38,043 bases of DNA from the IMG/VR virus record IMGVR_UViG_3300032245_001763, positions 64,001 through 102,043 of that record; one strand, given 5' to 3'. The translations under genes were made by a program, and so were the position numbers. The stretch is from a virus. Taxonomy: Duplodnaviria > Heunggongvirae > Uroviricota > Caudoviricetes. The notes under the pieces are model-generated. The model made no database searches. It was given only the letters and a program-made list of their open reading frames with translations, and was not told where the DNA came from. This document shows, piece after piece, positions 9,139 to 18,015 of this stretch. The number at the start of each line of letters is the position of its first letter. Position 1 is the first letter of the stretch.

Positions 9139-9687
9139 ATGAATGAATTTGCTAAATATGTTCTTGAAAAACATGGAAATGATTTGAGAAAAAGTAATAT
9201 AAACAATTTTAATCTTCCTTATTATTATCATTTATTTCAAGTTGCAAACTTAGTTTATAAACTTGGTTTTGGATCAGAAGAAAATTTGTCTATTTCTAAT
9301 GGACATGATTTGTTTGAAGATACAAATGCAACAGAAGAAGAAGTTGAAAACCTCACTTCTTCTTCTGTTTTAAATTCAATTAAACTTCTTACTAAAGATG
9401 AATCAGAAGATAAAAAACTTTATCTCAAATCATTTTCAAACAAACCAATTGACGTTTTAATTATAAAAATATGTGATAGATTGTGCAATGTAGCAGATTT
9501 TACATGTTCTGACACAAAATATGCCAAGATTTACTTTGAAAAAGCTAACATTCTATTTACTTATTTTACTTCAAGAAAAGATGAAGTGATTGATAAGTAT
9601 GGAGTTTTAGCGTTTGATGAATTAAACAATTTAATTTCTTCTTTTAAAGAAAAATTAAACTTAAATCAGAAAATTATATTAATATGA
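9139..9687 (+). CDS. HD-domain phosphohydrolase (SpoT/Mesh1-like)
   Basis: LPYYYHLFQV, GHDLFEDT and IKICDRLCN. Confidence 0.7.
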   Translation: MNEFAKYVLEKHGNDLRKSNINNFNLPYYYHLFQVANLVYKLGFGSEENLSISNGHDLFEDTNATEEEVENLTSSSVLNSIKLLTKDESEDKKLYLKSFSNKPIDVLIIKICDRLCNVADFTCSDTKYAKIYFEKANILFTYFTSRKDEVIDKYGVLAFDELNNLISSFKEKLNLNQKIILI

Positions 9688-10214
9688 AAATTCAAGATTT
9701 AGTAGTTACTCAAAATGATTTGAGAAATTGGAATGAATTGCCAGCCATGATTTCTTTTGTTAAAAAAGGAAATTTTTGGACAAAAGATAAAATTACAGAA
9801 TTTAATAAAGTTAATAAAATTTCTCATTCATCTTCTTTAATTTGCCTTGTTCAATTTAAAGAAGATGATACGATTTATATTCATGATGGTCATCACAGAG
9901 TGTATTCTACTTGGTATGGCGGCAGATCTCATTTAACAGAACATGAATATTATTTCTTGTTTAAAGATTTTAATACAAAAGAACGTTGGTCTTATAAAGA
10001 TTATATGGAATTTAATCCCAATAATAATTGGTATACTCCATATGATCCAAAAAATGAAGTGAGACTAGCAAATTTCTTTTCATTTAAAGAGATAATAAAA
10101 CAAAAACTTTTAACTGAAAATTCAGATTCTGTTGAAGATTGGGTTAGAAAAAATTCAGATTTGTATAAAGTAACACGAACAGTGTTTAGCATTTCAGGTT
10201 TTTGTTATTATTAG
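9684..10214 (+). CDS. ParB/sulfiredoxin-like domain protein
   Basis: YIHDGHHRV motif. Confidence 0.5.
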   Translation: MKIQDLVVTQNDLRNWNELPAMISFVKKGNFWTKDKITEFNKVNKISHSSSLICLVQFKEDDTIYIHDGHHRVYSTWYGGRSHLTEHEYYFLFKDFNTKERWSYKDYMEFNPNNNWYTPYDPKNEVRLANFFSFKEIIKQKLLTENSDSVEDWVRKNSDLYKVTRTVFSISGFCYY

Positions 10215-10222
10215 GAGTTGAT

Positions 10223-10504
10223 ATGAAGTTTGCTAATATTCTTAGAAATAAAATACTTGATGAACAGGATAACGACATTGTTTTTCATTCAATGATAGAA
10301 ATTTTAAAAAAAGATCTTATTTCTGTTGCAAATCAAAGAAGATATAATCTATCTGGAAATTTTCTGGATAAATTTTTAGAATTTAAAAATAATAAATTTT
10401 TAAATTGGTTAAAAGAAAATGATTTCAATTATTCAATTATTCCTTTTAGCTCTAAGAGTGATGATTTAGTTATTTCAACAAACAATATGTTCATTTCATG
10501 GTGA
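10223..10504 (+). CDS. Hypothetical protein
   Basis: AGGAG RBS before ATG 10223. No recognisable motif. Confidence 0.55.
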   Translation: MKFANILRNKILDEQDNDIVFHSMIEILKKDLISVANQRRYNLSGNFLDKFLEFKNNKFLNWLKENDFNYSIIPFSSKSDDLVISTNNMFISW

Positions 10505-10509
10505 TAAAT

Positions 10510-10887
10510 ATGAGTACAAACTTAACGTGTTATTTTGGTAGAGGAATTTTTGTTGAAGATGAAAAAAAAGTTAAACACTTTTTTAATTCTAACCTGAATG
10601 AAAACGACGATCTTATCGATAGCTATTCAGATAATTCTTACAAAAAAGATATTACAAAAACTGAAAGTGGTCTGCATCTAATTTCAGATGGAATGAGTGG
10701 TAAGTATTTATTTTTTGGAGAATTAAAATATAAATTTAATAATGGTTTTTCTAGCATATTGGTTGAAAATGAAACTTTTATGTATAATAAATTATATATT
10801 TTATCAAAAGCTAATGAGTTTTTTTCTGGTATTTTAAATTTTGAAGAAGATGATATTTACACCATGTTTTTACCACATTATCATTGA
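10510..10887 (+). CDS. Hypothetical protein
   Basis: Operon-like spacing. No recognisable motif. Confidence 0.55.
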   Translation: MSTNLTCYFGRGIFVEDEKKVKHFFNSNLNENDDLIDSYSDNSYKKDITKTESGLHLISDGMSGKYLFFGELKYKFNNGFSSILVENETFMYNKLYILSKANEFFSGILNFEEDDIYTMFLPHYH

Positions 10888-10894
10888 GAAAATT

Positions 10895-11647
10895 ATGTCT
10901 TTGCCTCATTTAAAAGAAGAAAAATTATATGGTAATTGTAAAGTGTTGCATCCTGATGGAACTTTGATGTTTTTATGTGCAAGAAAAAGAGCAAATTGGT
11001 ATTTAAATCGCAATTTAGGCATTATTGTAAGTGATAATCCATTTACAATCCAATTAAGTTTTACGCCTAAAGGAAAAGGTAATTCAGATGATCCTTATTA
11101 CATAAATGGAAAAGAAAATCATTGTGTTGTTTGTGGATCAAAAGAAAATTTAACTAAACATCATGTTGTTCCGCATTGTTTTAGAAAACATTTCCCAGAA
11201 AATATTAAATCAAGATCTAGTCATGATGTTGTAATTGTTTGTGTTGATTGTCACCAAATTTATGAAAAACCAGCACTTGAACTTAAAAAACAATTAGCTT
11301 CACAACATAATGTTGATTTGAATCATCAAAAAAATGATGTTAATTTTAATATTAAAAAAGCTAAGAACTATGTTAGATCTATAATTTCTCATGGTAACAA
11401 TATACCAAATGAAAGAAAAGAAAAAATAAATAAAATTATTACATTATTGCTTGGTAAAGAAATGACATATCAAGAAGTTTTGGAAATTTCAGAATCTGTT
11501 GAAGAAATAACAGATTTTTCCGAAGTAGTAGTTTCAAAATGTGAAGATTTAAAAGAATTTATTAAAATGTGGCGAGAACATTTTGTGCAAACAATGCAGC
11601 CTAAATATATGCCAGATTATTGGAATATAAATCATAGATTGGAATAA
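10895..11647 (+). CDS. HNH-like protein resembling the C-terminal domain of eukaryotic EXD2
   Basis: YGNC...PDG, ANWYL, KENHCVVCG, HHVVPHCFRKHFP...SHDVVIVCVDCH and terminal WREHFVQTMQPKYMPDYW. Confidence 0.7.
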   Translation: MSLPHLKEEKLYGNCKVLHPDGTLMFLCARKRANWYLNRNLGIIVSDNPFTIQLSFTPKGKGNSDDPYYINGKENHCVVCGSKENLTKHHVVPHCFRKHFPENIKSRSSHDVVIVCVDCHQIYEKPALELKKQLASQHNVDLNHQKNDVNFNIKKAKNYVRSIISHGNNIPNERKEKINKIITLLLGKEMTYQEVLEISESVEEITDFSEVVVSKCEDLKEFIKMWREHFVQTMQPKYMPDYWNINHRLE

Positions 11648-11649
11648 AA

Positions 11650-12351
11650 ATGTTAAAAAAAGTTACAATAACAGGTGCAGATGATAAAATCAAACAACAA
11701 GATCTTTTGTCGATTGCGTTGAAATATCCTTTTGTTGAATTTGGGGTATTAATAAGCACTAAAACTGGAAGGTCGCGATATCCACAAATATCTTGGATAT
11801 TAGATTTGGATTCTATAAAAGAAAAAACAAATTTTTCATTACATTTGTGTGGAGATATTTTATCCAATTTTATAAATGGAATTAATCTTGAAGATTTAAT
11901 TGGAAAAAACGTGTTTTCTATTTTCAATAGATTTCAATTGAATTTTTCAAATAAATTTAACAAAATTAATTTAAATAATTTTTCTTATAATATTAAAAAC
12001 AATCCAGACAAAGAGTTTATTTTTCAAACTCGTTCATTTTCAGAACCGTTAATTGATGAAGTCAAAGATTTGAACAATGTCAAATTTTTATATGATTGTT
12101 CTGGTGGACGTGGAATTTTACCTACAGAATGGATTGGTTCTGATGTATATTGTGGATACGCAGGCGGTTTAACACCAGAAAATTTAGAATTTAATTTAAG
12201 TAAAATATCTGATGTTTGTACTGCTGATTTTTGGATTGATGCAGAAACGGGTTTAAGAACTAATGATGAATTTGATTTAAATAAAGTCGTTGATTTTTTA
12301 CAAATAGCTTCAAAATTTATAAAAAAGGAAAACATCAATGAATGCAAATAG
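11650..12351 (+). CDS. TIM-barrel protein, phosphoribosylanthranilate isomerase (TrpF)-like
   Basis: LYDCSGGRG, GYAGGLTPENL and WIDAETG resemble the PRAI phosphate-binding region. Confidence 0.55.
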   Translation: MLKKVTITGADDKIKQQDLLSIALKYPFVEFGVLISTKTGRSRYPQISWILDLDSIKEKTNFSLHLCGDILSNFINGINLEDLIGKNVFSIFNRFQLNFSNKFNKINLNNFSYNIKNNPDKEFIFQTRSFSEPLIDEVKDLNNVKFLYDCSGGRGILPTEWIGSDVYCGYAGGLTPENLEFNLSKISDVCTADFWIDAETGLRTNDEFDLNKVVDFLQIASKFIKKENINECK

Positions 12352-12691
12352 CATGACACCTTCTGAATTAAGAGCGTTAGCTGATAAAAAAGAAAAAGAA
12401 AATAAACCATTAAAGGTTGGATATTTAAAAGCTGATTTATTTGTATTCAAAGGAATTGAAAGAATTGTAGGAGGTGAAACTTATTTTAGTCCACAAGCAC
12501 AAAATTATGTAAATAGACTTGTAGAAGAAATAAAAAGTAAAATGACTTTACAATTAAAGGCTGGAACCAAATTTTATTATTATGTTAGAGATGGTTTTGG
12601 AATTTGGTGTGATGATGTTAATTACGGAAAAGAATATACTTACAAAGAAGGTTGTAGTTTTTTAGAAAACATAAGTGATTTAACAACATGA
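12338..12691 (+). CDS. Hypothetical protein
   Basis: AAGGA RBS and overlaps with both neighbours. Confidence 0.55.
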   Translation: MNANSMTPSELRALADKKEKENKPLKVGYLKADLFVFKGIERIVGGETYFSPQAQNYVNRLVEEIKSKMTLQLKAGTKFYYYVRDGFGIWCDDVNYGKEYTYKEGCSFLENISDLTT

Positions 12692-12885
12692 AAACTCTAA
12701 AACAAAAACTTAAAATTGCTAAAAACAGAATAGATTCTTTTGATCCAAGAGATAGTTTGTGTCCTATTTGTAAAAATGATTTTAGAAGAGGTTGCAATCA
12801 TACTATTGAGCAAGCAAGAGAAAAATTAAATGATAATTATTTAGATTTAAAAATTTTATCAGTTATAGAAAAGAACAAATCATGA
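12688..12885 (+). CDS. Small hypothetical protein with possible Zn motif
   Basis: CPIC...CNH, with ATGA overlaps at both ends. Confidence 0.55.
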   Translation: MKTLKQKLKIAKNRIDSFDPRDSLCPICKNDFRRGCNHTIEQAREKLNDNYLDLKILSVIEKNKS

Positions 12886-13505
12886 CAACTGGATATAAAG
12901 GCACTTACAATTTTACTTGTCTGGATCATAAGTTTGAAATTGGCAAAACCTATGAATTATCAGGAACTCCAATCCCTTGTGTTTATGGATTTCATTATTG
13001 TGTAAATCCGAAAGATGTTCTGGAATATTATTCAATTAAACATAACTTTCGTTTACTTGAAATTGAAGATCTTGGAGAATCAATCATTGATTATAACAAA
13101 TCAGTAACAAACAAAATTCGTATTGTAAGAGAAGTTCTAAAAGAAGAATATTACCAGTTACTTGGTTTTGTTAATAACGAATTGACAATTACTGATAAAT
13201 ATGGTTATTGGAAAAAACATGAATTTGATGAAAGAAATAATTGTATTCGTTATGAAAATTCAAATGGTTATTGGGAAAAACGTGAATATGATGAAAGAAA
13301 TAATTGTATTTGTGTATATTCAGATGGTTATTGGTTTAAACATGAATATGATGAAAGAAATAATTGTATTTATTATGCAACTTTATCTGAGTTTTGGACA
13401 AAACATGAATATGATGAAAGAAATAATGAAGTTCGTTTTGAAAATTCATATGGTTATTGGTTTAAACGTGAATTTGATGAAAGAGATAATTGTATTTATT
13501 TTTAA
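12882..13505 (+). CDS. Paralog 1 of a family with conserved GYK...C..GFHYC N-domain and YDERNN repeats; the frame continues past TAA to 13571
   Basis: Five E[FY]DER[ND]N repeats before the stop and a sixth repeat after it. Confidence 0.8.
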   Translation: MTTGYKGTYNFTCLDHKFEIGKTYELSGTPIPCVYGFHYCVNPKDVLEYYSIKHNFRLLEIEDLGESIIDYNKSVTNKIRIVREVLKEEYYQLLGFVNNELTITDKYGYWKKHEFDERNNCIRYENSNGYWEKREYDERNNCICVYSDGYWFKHEYDERNNCIYYATLSEFWTKHEYDERNNEVRFENSYGYWFKREFDERDNCIYF

Positions 13506-13571
13506 GATTCATCTGGTTTTTTGGAAAAGTATGAATATGATGAAAATGGGATGAAAATTATACAAAAATGA
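13201..13571 (+). repeat. Imperfect about 60-63 bp coding tandem repeats (W.K.EYDERNN)
   Basis: Recurring gaatatgatgaaagaaataat-like units. Confidence 0.8.
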
Positions 13572-14218
13572 ATAATTATTACAAATATAGCAGAACATAT
13601 CATGTACCTTGGTCAGAAGGAACTCAATCAGATGATAGAATTCTAGAAGACATTTCTCATTTTGAAAATCAACAGATTGTTGTAACATTAAAAATGGATG
13701 GTGAAAATACATCAATGTATTCTGATCATATCCATGCGAGATCTTTAGATTCTAAGCATCACGAATCAAGAAATTGGGTTAAACAATTACACTCTACAAT
13801 TTGTTCTTCAATTCCAGATAATTGGAGAATTGTTGGAGAAAACATGTATGCTAAACATTCAATTTTTTATAAAAATTTAAAATCTTATTTTTATGTCTTT
13901 GCAATCTATGATGATAAAAACACTTGTTTATCTTGGGATGAAACAAAAACATATTGTGAACTTTTGGGGCTAGTACATGTTCCAGTTTTGTATGAAGGAA
14001 TTTGGGATTTAAATAGAGTTAAATCTTGTTGGACAGAGTATGATTCTGATGGGAATGAACAGGAAGGTTATGTAATAAGAGTAAAAGATTCTTTTTCTTA
14101 TGAAAATCAAGATGAAGGAATATATTCAAAATATACAGCTAAGTATGTAAGAAAAAATCATGTTCAAACAAGTCAACATTGGATGAATGAAAAAATTATA
14201 TTAAACGAGTTGGAGTAA
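13568..14218 (+). CDS. RNA ligase family nucleotidyltransferase
   Basis: Motif I KMDGENT, GENMYAKHSI, FYVFAI, EGYVIR (motif IV) and KYVR. Confidence 0.8.
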   Translation: MNNYYKYSRTYHVPWSEGTQSDDRILEDISHFENQQIVVTLKMDGENTSMYSDHIHARSLDSKHHESRNWVKQLHSTICSSIPDNWRIVGENMYAKHSIFYKNLKSYFYVFAIYDDKNTCLSWDETKTYCELLGLVHVPVLYEGIWDLNRVKSCWTEYDSDGNEQEGYVIRVKDSFSYENQDEGIYSKYTAKYVRKNHVQTSQHWMNEKIILNELE

Positions 14219-14220
14219 AA

Positions 14221-14736
14221 ATGAAAACTGGATATAAAGCTACTTATAATTTCACGTGTCGAGGTTGTATTTTCGAAATAGGCAAATCTTATGAATTAAT
14301 GAGCAAGCCAAAAATGTGTGAACATGGTTTTCATTATTGTGTAAATCCAAAAGACGTTTTGAATTATTATCCAATTAAACATGATTTTCGTCTACTTGAA
14401 ATTGAAGATGTTGGCACATCCATCACTCATGAAGATAAATCTGTAACAAATAAACTACGTGTTATTAGAGAAATTCCAAAAGAAGAATATTACCAGTTAT
14501 TTGGTATTGTTAATAACGAATCAACAATTACACTAAAATCTGGTTTTTGGTTTAAGAATAAATATGATGAAAGAAATAATAAAATTTATTATGAAAGTGA
14601 GGATGGTTATTGGATAAAACGTGAATATGATGAAAACAATAATGAAATTTATAACATAAGTTCAAATGGTTATTGGTTAAAGAGTTTGTATAATGAAAAC
14701 AACATTTGTTTGAAAAGAGAAAGTAATTATATATGA
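14221..14736 (+). CDS. Paralog 2 of the GFHYC/YDERNN family
   Basis: MKTGYKATYNFTCR...GFHYCVNPKDVLNYY, about 3 repeats. Confidence 0.8.
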   Translation: MKTGYKATYNFTCRGCIFEIGKSYELMSKPKMCEHGFHYCVNPKDVLNYYPIKHDFRLLEIEDVGTSITHEDKSVTNKLRVIREIPKEEYYQLFGIVNNESTITLKSGFWFKNKYDERNNKIYYESEDGYWIKREYDENNNEIYNISSNGYWLKSLYNENNICLKRESNYI

Positions 14737-15185
14737 AAATTGGATATAAAGCCACTTACAATTACATTTGTCGAGGTTGTATTTTTGAAATTGGTAAAAC
14801 TCGTGAACTAAAAGGAACTCCAATACCTTGTAAATATGGTTTTCATTATTGTGTAAAGCCAAAAGATGTTTTAAATTATTACCCAATTAGAAATTGTTTT
14901 CGTTTATTAGAAATTGAAGATCTTGGAGATTCAATCGTTAAAAACGACAAAACTGCAACAAATAAGATTCGTATTATTCGAGAAATTTCAAAAGAAGAAT
15001 ATTACCAGTTGTTTGGAATTGTCAATAATGAATTGACATTTGTTGATGAATTTGATGGTTGGGTAAAATATGAATTTGATGAAAGAAATAATCAAATTTA
15101 TTGTGAAACATCAAATGGTTTGTGGGAAAAACGTACGTATGATGAATACAATATTTGCTTAAAAAGAGAAAGTGGACGTAAATGA
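14733..15185 (+). CDS. Paralog 3 of the GFHYC/YDERNN family
   Basis: Same N-domain, about 2 repeats. Confidence 0.8.
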   Translation: MKIGYKATYNYICRGCIFEIGKTRELKGTPIPCKYGFHYCVKPKDVLNYYPIRNCFRLLEIEDLGDSIVKNDKTATNKIRIIREISKEEYYQLFGIVNNELTFVDEFDGWVKYEFDERNNQIYCETSNGLWEKRTYDEYNICLKRESGRK

Positions 15186-15649
15186 AGACTGGATATAAAG
15201 CTACCTACGATTATTTTTGTAGAGATCATAAATTTGAAATTGGACAAACTTATGAATTATCAGAAAAACCAATTATGTGTTATTATGGTTTTCATTATTG
15301 CGTAAATCCAAAAGATGTTTTGCAACATTATCCAATTAAACATGATTTTCGCTTATTAGAAATTGAAGATTTGAGCAGTATTACAGTTAATACATTTGAT
15401 AAATCTGCAACAAATAAATTGCGTGTTGTAAGAGAAATTCCAAAAGAAGAATATTATCCTTTGTTTGGAATTGTAAATAATGAATTGAAAATTATTGATG
15501 AAGAGGATGATTATTGGGCAACATTCAAATATGATGAACGAAACAATCTAATTCGTTATGATGATTCATATGGCAATTGGGTCGAGCGTGAATATGATCA
15601 AAACAATAATCAAATTTATTATAAAAACTCCCCCTATACTTTTTCATAA
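15182..15649 (+). CDS. Paralog 4 of the GFHYC/YDERNN family
   Basis: Same N-domain, about 2 repeats. Confidence 0.8.
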   Translation: MKTGYKATYDYFCRDHKFEIGQTYELSEKPIMCYYGFHYCVNPKDVLQHYPIKHDFRLLEIEDLSSITVNTFDKSATNKLRVVREIPKEEYYPLFGIVNNELKIIDEEDDYWATFKYDERNNLIRYDDSYGNWVEREYDQNNNQIYYKNSPYTFS

Positions 15650-15671
15650 AGTTTAATTTTATTATTCAAAA

Positions 15672-15687
15672 GTTTGATTGTACAATG
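15672..15687 (+). promoter_or_regulatory. Conserved 16-mer, copy 2
   Basis: Exact GTTTGATTGTACAATG, intergenic. Confidence 0.75.
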
Positions 15688-15704
15688 GGTTGATTTTAGA
15701 AAGG

Positions 15705-16193
15705 ATGTTTAAGATGACAAAACGAGTTATTAAAATTAAAGGAGACGAAATTTCCAATTCTTCTAAAGTCGATAAACTAATTGAAAATATTTCAAATATT
15801 AAATCTGAATTATCAGAAGCGGATTTGTTAAAAATCACTTCTGAATTAGAATCAAGAAAAAAAGAACTTTTAAACAAAAGACTTCTTGAAGAAAATAAGA
15901 TTATTGAATCACAATATGATTGGTTGATTAAAAATGCAAAAATGCTTTTTGATTATTTTAAAAATATTCCTAATTGTCATGACGGTCATAGGCGTTGCAA
16001 TGTTTCTAGTCGTGGAATTGGTTTTAGCATCTGGGATATAGATGAAGAATTTTTACAAAATATTGAAAGATGTGGAGAATCTATTTGTCCAACCTGTCTT
16101 TTGGAAGAAATTATTAATTCGCAGCATAATCCAGGAATTGTTTTATGTGGTCTAAACATAAAATATAAAGATTTAAATAAAATTATTTATTGA
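15705..16193 (+). CDS. Hypothetical protein (coiled-coil N-terminus, Cys-containing C-terminus)
   Basis: ATG at 15705 or 15714 rather than the TTG inside the motif. Contains CPTC. Confidence 0.55.
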   Translation: MFKMTKRVIKIKGDEISNSSKVDKLIENISNIKSELSEADLLKITSELESRKKELLNKRLLEENKIIESQYDWLIKNAKMLFDYFKNIPNCHDGHRRCNVSSRGIGFSIWDIDEEFLQNIERCGESICPTCLLEEIINSQHNPGIVLCGLNIKYKDLNKIIY

Positions 16194-16359
16194 ATTTAAA
16201 AAAATAATTAAATTTTTTTAAAAATAAATCGATTTATCATTATATGAAAATTCGTAAAAAAGTCAAAAAGAAAAAAATTAATAATGGAATTAAGATTGTA
16301 AAATCTAAAATTACTAAAAACAAAACAAAAAAATAATTTTTAAATTACACTTGTGCAAA

Positions 16360-16375
16360 GTTTGATTGTACAATG
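16360..16375 (+). promoter_or_regulatory. Conserved 16-mer, copy 3 (upstream of the PARP)
   Basis: Exact match, about 50 nt before ATG 16426. Confidence 0.75.
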
Positions 16376-16425
16376 TGACAACTGTATCAACACATCAAAT
16401 TTAACATTTAAGAACTGAGAAAAAT

Positions 16426-18015
16426 ATGTCAAAAATTGAGAAATCTACATATCCAGATGGTCATGGACCAGATGATTTTACTTGTTTTGGACCTCCAGCA
16501 TTAAAAGATGGTGAATTTAAAGGAACCATGATTTGTGATCTTGGATGTTTTTTTCAAAGTTTATCAGAAGATACACCACAAGATAGTAATAAATATTATC
16601 ATGCATCTATTGTTCAAAGTAACAAAGATCAAAGATGGTTTACATATTTTGAATGGGGTCGTACAGGAGCATCTAATCCACAATTTCAATTTGAAGAATT
16701 TTCTTCAAAGGAAATGGCAGAATGTGCTTATGTAAAACAACTTGAGTCAAAAAATGTTAAAAGAGGTGAGTGGCATCAACATGCAACTTTAGGTAAAATT
16801 TTAAGAGCAAAAGCCGGAAAAGATTGTTATTTAGTTAGACCACAATCAACCAGATCAACTGGTTTGCCAAGTGCCAGAACAATTAAATTAAATGAATCTG
16901 TTGTTAAACCAATTTCTGCAACAAAAAAATCATCTAAATATGATCAACAAACAATTTCTTTCATGCAAGATTTAAATATTGCAACAGTTTCTTATACAAG
17001 ATCGGCTATGACAGATAATAGTTTGCCGACTAATGCGGCTATCATTGAAGCAAGAGATATTCTTTCTGCTGCATTAAATCAAATTAAAAACATTGGAGAT
17101 AATATTGATGATCAGATTAAAGATAAAGAAATTAACAGTTTGACAAGTTTAATTTACAGCAGAATTTCTAAGAAAAAAGATAGAAATGAACAACCAAGTG
17201 AGTGGCTGTTGACAAAAAATAATATTTTTTCATGGCAACAAGACTTAGATGCGTTTGAAAGTGCATTGAATGTTACTGATAACAATTCGGTAGAAGACAC
17301 ATTTAATCCATTTGGTGGAGCAAATGTTGAAATGGAATGGATTTCACCTACTAGTGAATTAGGAGCATTTATTTATGGATGGTTTCCAAAAGCCACTAGA
17401 GGAAGGCATCATTATATTAAGAGTGTTAAAATTAACAATGTTTGGAGAATTTCTAGAGAAGATGAACAGTCAAGATTTTTTAAAGAACAAAAATCTTTAT
17501 CTGGATCTTTACCTAAAACTTATGAAATTCCATTGCATCAACCTAAAAACAGAATTGATCTTAATAAAGAAGAAGTTTCATTGTACAATAGCACTAACAC
17601 TTGTCTTTTGATGCATGGAACCAGAACAGTAAATACTGTTGGATTATTGACTTCTGGATTTAAATTTCCAAAAGAATTAGTAGGAGTGCCTATTGCTGGA
17701 GCAATGTTTGGTCAAGGAATATACACCGCTGATGATTTTGGTAAAAGTGCTGGATATACTTCTTTAAGAAATTCTTATTATGCATCAGGAAGTGGTGGGG
17801 TTAAAAATAGAGGTGCAGTTATTTTCCTTTGCGATATCATTTTGGGAAATCCACATGTTGCTTCACAAGCGTATCCTTATGTGAAATATCCAACTGGAAC
17901 ACATTCGATTTTTGGAAAAAGTGGAATAACTTCTTCATTGCAAAATAATGAATATATTATCTTAAAAAAAGATCAATATAAGTTTAGATATATTGTTGAA
18001 TTTGATGCCGCTTAA
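16426..18015 (+). CDS. WGR-domain poly(ADP-ribose) polymerase-like protein (WGR + helical regulatory + catalytic)
   Basis: YFEWGRTG. Catalytic LMHGT, AMFGQGIYTAD, KSAGY and NNEYII give the H-Y-E triad. Confidence 0.88.
   Translation: MSKIEKSTYPDGHGPDDFTCFGPPALKDGEFKGTMICDLGCFFQSLSEDTPQDSNKYYHASIVQSNKDQRWFTYFEWGRTGASNPQFQFEEFSSKEMAECAYVKQLESKNVKRGEWHQHATLGKILRAKAGKDCYLVRPQSTRSTGLPSARTIKLNESVVKPISATKKSSKYDQQTISFMQDLNIATVSYTRSAMTDNSLPTNAAIIEARDILSAALNQIKNIGDNIDDQIKDKEINSLTSLIYSRISKKKDRNEQPSEWLLTKNNIFSWQQDLDAFESALNVTDNNSVEDTFNPFGGANVEMEWISPTSELGAFIYGWFPKATRGRHHYIKSVKINNVWRISREDEQSRFFKEQKSLSGSLPKTYEIPLHQPKNRIDLNKEEVSLYNSTNTCLLMHGTRTVNTVGLLTSGFKFPKELVGVPIAGAMFGQGIYTADDFGKSAGYTSLRNSYYASGSGGVKNRGAVIFLCDIILGNPHVASQAYPYVKYPTGTHSIFGKSGITSSLQNNEYIILKKDQYKFRYIVEFDAA

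Noticed and set aside
12882-15649. Diversity-generating retroelement
   Set aside because: No reverse transcriptase in the window, differences between copies are not adenine-restricted, and there is no non-coding template repeat.
16195-16222. 11-bp inverted repeat
   Set aside because: Made only of A/T runs in very AT-rich DNA, so likely chance.
16244-16336. 30-aa Lys-rich ORF (MKIRKKVKKKK...)
   Set aside because: No clear RBS, and poly-A intergenic DNA readily gives Lys-rich frames. Possible but unsupported.
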